From Thermoanaerobaculia bacterium (lineage in GTDB: Bacteria; Acidobacteriota; Thermoanaerobaculia; UBA5066; Gp7-AA6), in assembly GCA_040879385.1 (NCBI GenBank), contig JBBDKM010000057.1, positions 4,838 to 68,837 on the forward strand: a stretch of DNA of 64,000 bases, written 5' to 3'. The stretch's first letter is position 1. Every line of letters begins with the position of its first letter. The translations under genes were made by a program, and so were the position numbers. This document shows, one piece after another, positions 17,342 to 25,252 of this stretch. The notes beneath the pieces are model-generated. The model did not search any database, was not told the origin of the DNA, and saw nothing but the letters and a program-made list of their open reading frames with translations.

Positions 17342-17742
17342 GAGACTGCGCGCTCGAGCTTCCGATAGCGGCGAAGGATCGGGAGCAAGTCGAAGTACTC
17401 GTTGCGGGCCTTCACCTCGAAGTCGATGCGCGCGGACCGGTTCGCCTCGCAGAGGAGCCGGCCGTCTCGAAGGACGCGGTGCACGAGATCGACGGGCGCC
17501 GAGTTGAGAACGACCACCTGGACCGCTCGTCCCAGGAGACGTTCTAGTTCTCCTTCGAGAGTGAGATTGGGCGAATCGAGCGTTCCACGCGGCTTGTCCG
17601 CATAGAGCACCGCCACATCCACATCGCTGCCGGGTCCGGCGGTCCCCCGGCCTTCACTGCCGAACAGATAGACCGCGATGCTCCCTCGGGGCCGCGCGGA
17701 AAAGTAATCTCGAAGCTGCTCCTCTGTGTCCGTCCCCTGCAT
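17338..17742 (-). CDS. mntA: MntA-family minimal nucleotidyltransferase antitoxin
   Basis: LFGSEGRGTAGPGSDVDVAVL = GSx10DxD nucleotidyltransferase motif. Partner of hepT. Confidence 0.85.
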   Translation of the reverse strand: MQGTDTEEQLRDYFSARPRGSIAVYLFGSEGRGTAGPGSDVDVAVLYADKPRGTLDSPNLTLEGELERLLGRAVQVVVLNSAPVDLVHRVLRDGRLLCEANRSARIDFEVKARNEYFDLLPILRRYRKLERAVS

Positions 17743-17776
17743 TCTGAACAGTATAGCGGCGGCGCCCTCGGTCTGC

Positions 17777-20434
17777 TCAGCTCGGCGGCAGGTCGATCAG
17801 GACGATGTCGGAGTTCTCGCGGAAGCGGTCGAACAGGATCTGCTTGCCGTCGGGCGAGACGTCGAAGCTCTTCATGTCGAATTCCGGCTTCAGGTTCGTC
17901 AGCTGGCGCAGGCGGCCGGTGGAAAGATCGAGCAGCCAGAAATTGATGCGCCGGAACGCTCCCTGCATGACGACCACGGACTTGCCATCCGGCAGGAATC
18001 TGTAGCGGTCGCCCCCGCCCGGGACGTCGCACTCGGGCACGGAAAAGGCCTGTCCCTCGGGCGATACGCCCCGGATCCGAACTGCCGAACCGCGTTTGGC
18101 TTCCGAGTAGAGGATGAATCTCCCGTCAGGCGACCAGACCGGATTGGAGATGACCGCGTCGACCCCGTCGACCAGGCGCACCGGCGCTCCCCCGTCCACG
18201 GGTACCTCGAGAAGCGGAGTCGCCTTCCCGTCGCTCGCGACAACGGCGATCCACTTTCCATCCGGAGACCAGGATGGGGCGCCGCCAACCCCGACGGTCT
18301 CCGCGATCGGTCGCGCGCCGGTGCCGTCGGAGGCCATCAGGTAGAGATGCGCCCGGCCTTCACGCTCAACCGGAAAGCAGATCTGGGTCCCGTCAGGAGA
18401 AATGGTTGGCGCTTGCGCCACGGTGCCGTCGCTCCCTTTCCAGAGCTCCAGCTCGGAGCCATCCTTGTGCTTCCACAGTCCGTTCGTGCCACCCTTGGAG
18501 GAGAGATACAGGAGGTAATCGGGCGCGAATCGCGGAGCGGCCGCGCTCCTGGTCGGCAGCTCGAAGTGGCTCACCCCCGACTCATCGACGACGTGGTCCG
18601 TGATGGGTGCCATCCAGAGGTTTCGGAGGGGGTTGGCCACGGTTGCGGCGAGCCGGCGCCCATCGGCACTGGCGCTGACGGACTGGTACTCCTCCACTCC
18701 CGAGGTCATCGCGTGCGGAATCCGTCGCTCGACATCCATCGCATAGAGACCCGACCCGGAGCCGTCTTCCCGCGTGGCCAAATAGATGAGTGTGCGGTCG
18801 TCGAGCATGGCCGGATAGGTCACCCGCGAATCGTGGTGAGTCAAACGCTCCGCGGCTCCGCCGGCAGAAGCGATCCGCCAGAGATCCGAGTTGTTTGGAG
18901 GTCTCCCGTGGACGAAATAGACGTAGCGGCCGTCCGGAGACCAGGTCGGAAAGTGATTGTGGATTCCAGGCTTCTCCTTGAAGATCTCCCTGGGACTCCC
19001 GCCGTTATGGTCGGCAATGAAGATCGGATCGCCCGGGTCCACCGAATGGAAGAGGAGCCTGGTCCGGTCCGGAGACCATACCGGCTCAACGGCGTTCTTG
19101 AGGAAGGGGCGCGGCAACCCGCCCATAGTGGGCACGAGCCAGGAGTCCACTAGTTTTCCGTCCTTCTGCATACGCGGCAACGACACCTGAGCCCCATCGC
19201 CGGAGAAGCCGAGGTCGCGAGTCCGTCTCCCGGCAAGGGACGGGGCCTGTCCCTTTGTGAGATTCAGGAACTCGCCGCCGCCCACCTGGCCCACCCAGGC
19301 GTCGAACGAGCCACCGCGGTCGGAGACAAAGGCCACGAACTTGCCGTCGGATGAAATCGCCGCACCGAGCTCAGAGCCTTGCCAGTCGGTGAACCGCGTG
19401 AACCGGGCGCCCGCCAGCGGGTTCTTCCAGAAATAGTCGCGCTGCCGCAGACGCCATCCCGCGATCCCGAAGGCGACGAGAATCGCCGCGGCGATTGCCG
19501 CCGGAATCCACCGGCGCCGTCGGCTCGGCGGAGCCACCGGCACAACAGCTTCGATCGCGCTCGTCGCTTCGGAGAGATGATCGCGAAGTGTCGCCAGATC
19601 GCGCGCGAGGTCTTCGGTCGACGCGTAGCGACTCTTGGGCCCCTTCGCGAGACACCGTTCGACGATCCATCGCAACTGAGTTGGAACCCTGGAGTCGATC
19701 GTTGCGATTGGCTGCGGCTCCTCCCGGATGATCGCCGTCAGTGTCTCCGGGGCCGAACCGCGGACGAACGCGGGCCGGCCCGTCGCCATCTCGTACAGAA
19801 TCGAGCCGAACGAGAACTGGTCCGACCGGAAGTCGATCGATCCGCCCGTCGCCTGCTCGGGTGACATGTAGCCGACAGTGCCGAGGATGACGCCCTCTTC
19901 GGTGGCTCCCGAGACCGTCGGCGCCTGCGTCCTCCCGCTGCCGCTCGAGTCCGGTTGTGTCAGCTTCGCCAGCCCGAAATCCAGGATCTTGACCAGGCCG
20001 TCCTCGGTCACCATGACGTTCTCGGGCTTCAGATCCCGGTGGACAATGCCCGCGGCGTGTGCCTTCCCCAGGCCTTCGGCCACCTGCGCGCCGATCTGAA
20101 GGAGACGCTTCGTCGGCAGCGCCCCCTCCGAGAGCGCCGCCCGCAACGACTCTCCCTCCACCAGCTCCATCGCGATGTAGGAGACCGAATCCGCCGACCC
20201 GATATCGTAGATCGTGACGATGTTGGGATGATTGAGCGACGAGGCCGACCGGGCCTCGCGTTCGAACCGCTTCAGACGCTCGGGGTCTGTCGAGAGCGCC
20301 GCCGGGAGCACTTTGATCGCCACCTCGCGCCCCAGCCGCGTGTCCCGCGCCCGATACACCTCCCCCATCCCGCCCGCGCCCAGCGGCGCGAGGATCTCGT
20401 AGGGGCCGAGGCGTGAGCCGGCGGAGAGTGTCAC
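17777..20434 (-). CDS. Ser/Thr protein kinase fused to TM segment and TolB/PD40-like beta-propeller (paralog 1)
   Basis: [22 protein letters not shown] (P-loop), [46 protein letters not shown]. Repeated PD40-like blades (SPDG.../WSPDG...). GTG start. Confidence 0.9.
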   Translation of the reverse strand: MTLSAGSRLGPYEILAPLGAGGMGEVYRARDTRLGREVAIKVLPAALSTDPERLKRFEREARSASSLNHPNIVTIYDIGSADSVSYIAMELVEGESLRAALSEGALPTKRLLQIGAQVAEGLGKAHAAGIVHRDLKPENVMVTEDGLVKILDFGLAKLTQPDSSGSGRTQAPTVSGATEEGVILGTVGYMSPEQATGGSIDFRSDQFSFGSILYEMATGRPAFVRGSAPETLTAIIREEPQPIATIDSRVPTQLRWIVERCLAKGPKSRYASTEDLARDLATLRDHLSEATSAIEAVVPVAPPSRRRRWIPAAIAAAILVAFGIAGWRLRQRDYFWKNPLAGARFTRFTDWQGSELGAAISSDGKFVAFVSDRGGSFDAWVGQVGGGEFLNLTKGQAPSLAGRRTRDLGFSGDGAQVSLPRMQKDGKLVDSWLVPTMGGLPRPFLKNAVEPVWSPDRTRLLFHSVDPGDPIFIADHNGGSPREIFKEKPGIHNHFPTWSPDGRYVYFVHGRPPNNSDLWRIASAGGAAERLTHHDSRVTYPAMLDDRTLIYLATREDGSGSGLYAMDVERRIPHAMTSGVEEYQSVSASADGRRLAATVANPLRNLWMAPITDHVVDESGVSHFELPTRSAAAPRFAPDYLLYLSSKGGTNGLWKHKDGSELELWKGSDGTVAQAPTISPDGTQICFPVEREGRAHLYLMASDGTGARPIAETVGVGGAPSWSPDGKWIAVVASDGKATPLLEVPVDGGAPVRLVDGVDAVISNPVWSPDGRFILYSEAKRGSAVRIRGVSPEGQAFSVPECDVPGGGDRYRFLPDGKSVVVMQGAFRRINFWLLDLSTGRLRQLTNLKPEFDMKSFDVSPDGKQILFDRFRENSDIVLIDLPPS

Positions 20435-20460
20435 GGAGTTGGCGTAATCCTACCTTCAGC

Positions 20461-20760
20461 GCGGCGGCAGATCGATGAGAACGATGTCGGATGGCGATCC
20501 ATTTCCCGTCCGCAGACCAGGAGGGCGCTTCGCGAACTTCGAGCGACTGCGCGATCAGCCGCGCGTTCGTGCCGTTGGAGGCCATCGAGTACAGGCGCCC
20601 TCGCCCCTCACGGCGAATCACAAGGCAGATCTGGGTCCCATCGGGAGAAACCGCAGCCGCAGCGGCTACAACCCCGTCACTCCCCTTCCACAACTCCGTT
20701 TCCGAGTCGTTCTGGAACTTCCACAGTCCATCCGCCCCGCCCTTGGACCGGCAGAAATGG
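20461..20760 (-). pseudogene. 5'-truncated, internally deleted fragment of a kinase-propeller paralog
   Basis: Minus translation ...[67 protein letters not shown] is joined out of frame to [11 protein letters not shown], i.e. a deletion of about 0.5 kb relative to kinase 1. Confidence 0.6.
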
Positions 20761-20876
20761 TCATTCAGGTCTCTTTGATCGGTCCCTCGCGGCGATCGGC
20801 CACAGCGCTCCGTCTTGGATCCGGCGATCCCCTGCCCGACGCGCGTCGACGCAAGCCTGGGATCCGGAATCCGGGC

Positions 20877-21314
20877 CTACCAGCCCTTGATCACCGCGAT
20901 ATCGGGCATCGGATAGTGCTTGACGTTCTGGGTATAGATCTTCCCGCCGGTCGCCGCGGCGGTTGCGGCCAGGATCGCGTCGTTCACGTCGATGCCGTGC
21001 GACGGATGCCAGCGTCGATAGAAGGCTCCCGCCGCATCGACGATCTCGCGCGTCACCGCTTCCGTTCGAAACCGCGACAGGAGCGACAGGGTCGCGGCCT
21101 CTTCGGCGGGGCGCAGGAAGAAGACGACCTCCGCGCGATGGATCGCGCCAGTCCACAACTCGGCGCCGGGGTCCCGCGACAACTTCCGCAGCAAGCGCGC
21201 CGCCTTCGGCTCGCCGCGCAGGTGCCAGATCAGGATGTCGCTATCGACGTACGCGCGCACGCTTGCCCTGCTGGTGCCGCTCGAAGCCGCGTCGAAACGC
21301 CTCCCGCGACTCAC
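20877..21314 (-). CDS. vapC: PIN-domain toxin
   Basis: AYVDSDILIWHL (first acidic residue) and GIDVNDAILAATA (PIN motif). True start probably GTG near 21257 (VRAYVD...). Confidence 0.8.
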   Translation of the reverse strand: MSRGRRFDAASSGTSRASVRAYVDSDILIWHLRGEPKAARLLRKLSRDPGAELWTGAIHRAEVVFFLRPAEEAATLSLLSRFRTEAVTREIVDAAGAFYRRWHPSHGIDVNDAILAATAAATGGKIYTQNVKHYPMPDIAVIKGW

Positions 21315-21522
21315 GTATGGAGCTCTCCGGACGCTCGGCCCGATTCCAGGCGCCGAGCGTCTCTGACCAGACGTCCCGGGACTCCGATCCCTCGAGCTGC
21401 CGGGCCCTCAGATGAATGGCCTCCTCGAGAAACCGGCGCTTCGTCATCTTGAGCTTTCGGGTCACTCTTTCCATCTCATCCAGAGCGGCCTCGTTCAGCC
21501 GGGCCGAGAAAATCCTTTCCAT
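21241..21522 (-). CDS. vapB: Ribbon-helix-helix (CopG/VapB-type) antitoxin
   Basis: 93 aa. N-terminal MERIFSARLNEAALDEMERVTRKLKMTKRRFLEEAI fits an RHH beta-strand plus two helices. Overlaps the vapC start. Confidence 0.7.
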   Translation of the reverse strand: MERIFSARLNEAALDEMERVTRKLKMTKRRFLEEAIHLRARQLEGSESRDVWSETLGAWNRAERPESSIRESREAFRRGFERHQQGKRARVRR

Positions 21523-21529
21523 GCAGGGC

Positions 21530-21560
21530 CCCCTTACGTAAGCATGATAACGTAAGACCG
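21530..21560. promoter_or_regulatory. Candidate VapB operator: perfect palindrome CTTACGTAAG plus half-site repeat ACGTAAG
   Basis: cttacgtaagcatgataacgtaag lies about 10 nt upstream of the RHH antitoxin start. A GC-rich hairpin (gcccctgtcc...ggacaggggc, ~21602-21646) follows in the divergent truA/vapB intergenic region. Confidence 0.4.
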
Positions 21561-21695
21561 AGGTTGGGTCCGGCTGCCCTCCGCGGGGGCACGCCCGAGC
21601 GCCCCTGTCCTCCGCCCCGGTCCCGGTCGCCTCGGGGACAGGGGCCGCGATCTCCCCCGCCTTCCGCCCGCTGCCAATCCCGGTAGACTCCGCGC

Positions 21696-22427
21696 GTGCC
21701 GGCCTGGAAGCTCACGCTCGAATACGATGGAACCCGCTACAGCGGCTGGCAGTCGCAGAAGAACACGGACAAGACGGTGCAGGGCACTCTCCTGCGGGCC
21801 GCGCGGGAGGTCCTGGGCGAGGATGCCACCTGCGGCGGCGCCGGGCGCACCGACGCCGGCGTCCACGCTCTGGAGCAGGTCGCGCATCTCAAGGCGCGCA
21901 AGTCCCTCCCGGAAGGCGAGATCGCCTGGCAGCTCAACGAACGGCTCCCGTTCGACGTGCATGTCCTGTCCGTCCTCGAGGCTTCGCCCAAATTCCATGC
22001 GCGCCACGACGCGACGAGCCGGACGTACCTCTATCGGATCTCCCGGCGGCGCACAGCCTTCGACAAGCGTTTCGTCTGGTGGGTGAAGGACCGGCTCGAT
22101 GTCGCCGCAATGCGGCGCGCGGCGAAGCTCTTCGAGGGCCGGCACGACTTCGCCTCGTTTTGCGAGAACCCCGAGGGTCAGGAGTCCACACTCGTCGTCG
22201 TCGAGAAGAGCGACGTCGTCGAGGCGGGCCACGAGATCCACGTGCGAATCACCGCCTCGCATTTTCTCTGGAAGTTGGTCCGGCGCCTCGTCGGCGCGCT
22301 CGTCGAAGTCGGCCGCGGAAACCTCGACGGCCCCGGCGTCGAGGCGCTCCTGCGCGAAAAGTCCGCGGCTCCGGCGAAGTGGACGGCGCCGCCGTCGGGC
22401 TTGTTTCTCGAAAAGGTCGTCTACTGA
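21696..22427 (+). CDS. truA: tRNA pseudouridine(38-40) synthase
   Basis: WKLTLEYDGTRYSGWQSQ and GAGRTDAGVHALEQVAHL (catalytic Asp region). GTG start. Confidence 0.9.
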   Translation: MPAWKLTLEYDGTRYSGWQSQKNTDKTVQGTLLRAAREVLGEDATCGGAGRTDAGVHALEQVAHLKARKSLPEGEIAWQLNERLPFDVHVLSVLEASPKFHARHDATSRTYLYRISRRRTAFDKRFVWWVKDRLDVAAMRRAAKLFEGRHDFASFCENPEGQESTLVVVEKSDVVEAGHEIHVRITASHFLWKLVRRLVGALVEVGRGNLDGPGVEALLREKSAAPAKWTAPPSGLFLEKVVY

Positions 22428-22431
22428 GCCA

Positions 22432-23197
22432 GGATCACTGGGACCCCGATCGGTACGCGCGCTTCGCGGCCGAGCGCCGGCAGCCGTTTCTCGATCTCCT
22501 CGCGCTCGTCTCGCCGATCCCGGGGGGCCGAGCGGTCGACCTCGGCTGCGGCACGGGAGAGCTCACGCGGGAGCTGCACCAGCGGACCGCCGCCGCGGAG
22601 ACGCTCGGAGTCGACTCCTCGCCGGCCATGCTCGCGAAGTCCGAGCCGTACGCGGGCGGCGGCGTCCGGTTCGAGCCGGGAGACATCGGGACCTTCGCGC
22701 CCGAGCGGATGTTCGACCTCGTGTTCTCCAGCGCCGCGCTCCACTGGGTCGCCGATCACGACGCGCTGCTGGCCCGGCTGACCCGCGCCGTCGGTCCGGA
22801 CGGCCAGCTCGCCTTCCAGGTGCCCGACAACTTCGACCATCCCTCGCACCGCGCGGCGGAAGAGACCGCTTCGGAGGAGCCCTTCCGCTCCGAGCTCGGC
22901 GGGACGGCGCATCCCCGCAACGTTCTCGCCCCGGAGGCCTACGCGGTGATCCTCGACCGCCTCAGATACGCCGAGCAGACCGTGCGGCTGCAGGTCTACG
23001 GTCAGCGGCTCGCCTCTCGCGAGGACGTCGTCGCCTGGGTGGAGGGCTCGCTCCTCTCGGAGTACCGTCGCCGGCTCTCGCCCGAGCTGTACGCGTCCTT
23101 CGTCGACGAGTACCGGCGGGAGCTCTTTCGCAGGATCCCGGACGAGCGCCCGTACTTCTTTACCTACCGCCGCATTCTCGTCCGCGCGAGGCGATAG
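22432..23197 (+). CDS. tam: Trans-aconitate 2-methyltransferase
   Basis: SQDHWDPDRYARFAAERRQPFLDLLALV...VDLGCGTGELT...LAFQVPDNFDHPSHRAAEETA is collinear with E. coli Tam. No canonical start codon directly after the truA stop (CTG at ~22429, or GTG ~22380 overlapping truA), so the start is uncertain. Confidence 0.8.
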
Positions 23198-23212
23198 GGG
23201 GCTCTACAGCAC

Positions 23213-23403
23213 GTGTCGGCGGCTTCGATCGCCGAGCGTCGTGTCCCGCGCGCGGTACATCTCCCCCATCCCGCCGGCGCCGAGGAAAGGCAGGATCAGG
23301 CCGGGTTCTACAGGACGTCGGCGGATTTCCTCAGCCCGCGCCGAGCGGCCCGAGGATCTCGTAGGGACCGAGACGAGAGCCGGCGGAGAGTGTCACGGAG
23401 GCT
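23213..23403 (-). pseudogene. Scrambled 5' fragment (~35 codons) of a kinase paralog
   Basis: Minus strand: GTG ACA CTC ... [21 protein letters not shown], a ~45-nt insertion, then [25 protein letters not shown], then junk. The GTG overlaps the vapC stop (ccGTGAca). Confidence 0.55.
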
Positions 23404-23821
23404 TATGTTCCTTCGTTTCCTTGCGCGCTGCCCGATTGAGTGCCTCATCGAACGCCGAAAATCGGACCTGACGCGCGCCGGCCCGGTAGAGAGAGAGGTA
23501 GGACGCGAGGTGAAGGCTGTCAAAGCCGCGAAGATGATGCTTCTCGGCAAGATCTCCAGCGCTGCGGTAGACCGCCTCGCTGACCTCGATGGTCAGATAC
23601 CGGGGCCAGTCCCGCTCGAAGTCGTTCCTGGCTCGATCGTACCCGGCGCTCGTGAGTCCTCCCTCGCGTCGCTGGCGGGCGAGTGCCGCCCGCGCTTCGG
23701 CGTAGGCCACGACGGAAGTCGCTACGAGCTCGGCGCGATCCACGAGCTCCCGAATCAGGGCCGACCCTTCCTCCTCGACGTACAGCTTAACGAGGCTGCT
23801 CGTGTCGAGATAACCGATCAA
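23393..23821 (-). CDS. vapC: PIN-domain toxin
   Basis: MIGYLDTSSLVKLYVEEE and GFDSLHLASYLSL (PIN acidic residues). 142 aa. Overlaps the antitoxin by 4 nt. Confidence 0.85.
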   Translation of the reverse strand: MIGYLDTSSLVKLYVEEEGSALIRELVDRAELVATSVVAYAEARAALARQRREGGLTSAGYDRARNDFERDWPRYLTIEVSEAVYRSAGDLAEKHHLRGFDSLHLASYLSLYRAGARQVRFSAFDEALNRAARKETKEHKPP

Positions 23822-24090
23822 CGACGGTCCTCAAGGACCATCTCCGATGTCGCCTTCTTCCCCTTCCGCAAGGCCGTCCTCGCACTTCCCCGAGGTTTGC
23901 CGCCGCTCCAGTTCGCGACCCTTTCGCGGACCAGGATCCACCCCCAACGCGCCTCTTCCGTCTCTTCGATCGGTGTCAGCGCCGCGAGCGGCTCACCCCG
24001 ATCCGTCACGACGATCCGCTCGCCTTCCCCGGCGCGCCTCAAATACTCGCTCAGATGATCCTTGAGGGCCCGGACTCCAATACGTGTCAT
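23818..24090 (-). CDS. Phd/YefM-type antitoxin
   Basis: MTRIGVRALKDHLSEYLRRAGEGERIVVTDRGEPLAALTPI is a typical Phd/YefM/VapB N-terminus. GGAGG 9 nt upstream. Inverted repeat gtggcc-N19-ggccac at 24106-24136 is a plausible operator. Confidence 0.8.
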   Translation of the reverse strand: MTRIGVRALKDHLSEYLRRAGEGERIVVTDRGEPLAALTPIEETEEARWGWILVRERVANWSGGKPRGSARTALRKGKKATSEMVLEDRR

Positions 24091-24249
24091 GGGAAGTAAC
24101 CTCCTGTGGCCATAAGGATAACATTAATGAGGCCACATTGGGTCTCAGCACGACGGGCGCGTCGCCGGGTTCGGCTCCCGCGACGGCAAGAGGCTCGCTT
24201 CCGTCGACCCCCGGATCGGTTGCCTGAACGCGGCGGCCGGAGACGCCTG

Positions 24250-24952
24250 GCTACCGCCGCGCGAGCGCGCAGCCGAAGGCCTTCGTCTCGGCCGGCCGGA
24301 TCGGCTGCCCCGCGAGCAGGGCCTCAATCGCCGATTGCAGGTCCGGAGCGGACAGCTTCGAGGCGATCCGCCCGTGGTAGCGCAGCGTGCCGCTCGAGTC
24401 GAAGAGGAATGCCTCCGGTGTGCGCCGGGCGTCTAGGAGCTCCGGCGATGCGCCCCTCCGGGTTCTTGATGATGTCGAAGGTGTGGCCGTGCTCTCGCGC
24501 GTGAACCCGGGCCTCCTCCGCGGTCTCCAGCGTCCCCGAGTTGACGCCCACGAAGGTCACGCCCCTCTTTGCAAACGCCGTCGCCATGTCCCGGATCAGA
24601 TCGTTGTAGTAGTTGGAGTAGGGACAGATCGTGGATATGAAGAGGATGACGACGGCGCCGTGGGTCTTCCTCGCCTCGGCGAGCGAGAGGCGGGGCCCGT
24701 CGGCTCGCAGGCGTACCAATCAGTATTGTTGATGAGACCGACACCTTGGTCGCGCCGTCCCTCCACGGATCGAAATCGCAGCGGTTCTCGATCGCGCTGC
24801 CGAGGCGCCTGTAGGTGCCCTTCAAATCGCACGAGCCCGGAGACCGACTACAGCCGGTGCGCGATCATGCCGCGACCCGCTGGCGCTGCCAGAACCAGCA
24901 CCGTGACGACGACGGCCAAACGGTAGGAGCCGCCGGACACCATCTCAGCCAT
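24250..24952 (-). pseudogene. TlpA/ResA-like thioredoxin-fold protein (CxxS active site) disrupted by at least 3 frame breaks
   Basis: Segments in three frames: MAEMVSGGSYRLAVVVTVLVLAAPAG (membrane anchor) / FDPWRDGATKVSVSS / HGAVVILFISTICPYSNYYNDLIRDMATAFAKRGVTFVGVNSGT...DIIKNPEG / AFLFDSSGTLRYHGRIASKLSAPDLQSAIEALLAGQPIRPAETKAFGCALARR*. Confidence 0.55.
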
Positions 24953-25020
24953 CCTTCCAGGAGGTGCTTCACCCGGCATGCTTTTCGATCCGCGATTCGC
25001 CGGAGAATCACCGAGCGCCG

Positions 25021-25200
25021 TCATCTCCACCAGCTCGGGCCGACTTCACTGAGGATGAGCCTGCTCGAATCGGTGAGGATCGTATACGCGTAAAACCGCC
25101 CGTCGGGCGTACCTTCGATCGTCAGCGCCAGCACGCGCCCCTGCGTCCTGCCGCGGTCGAAGAAAACACGAGAACGGACACAGCCACTGCGGCTCGCCAG
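25021..25200 (-). pseudogene. Possible relic of the terminal propeller blade of a kinase paralog
   Basis: Minus translation ...RVLALTIEGTPDGRFYAYTILTDSSRLILSEVG resembles kinase C-termini (MMTPDGKSYAYNCSRDLADLFLVTGVR; [12 protein letters not shown]...). Lies directly 3' of kinase 2. Confidence 0.35.
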
Positions 25201-25252
25201 AGGCGGCACCGCACGGCCATAGTCCATTTCCGTCGTTGCACTTTCAAGGCCG

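Noticed and set aside
21534-22262. 242-aa minus ORF antisense to truA
   Set aside because: Antisense to a gene with strong homology. Low-complexity translation.
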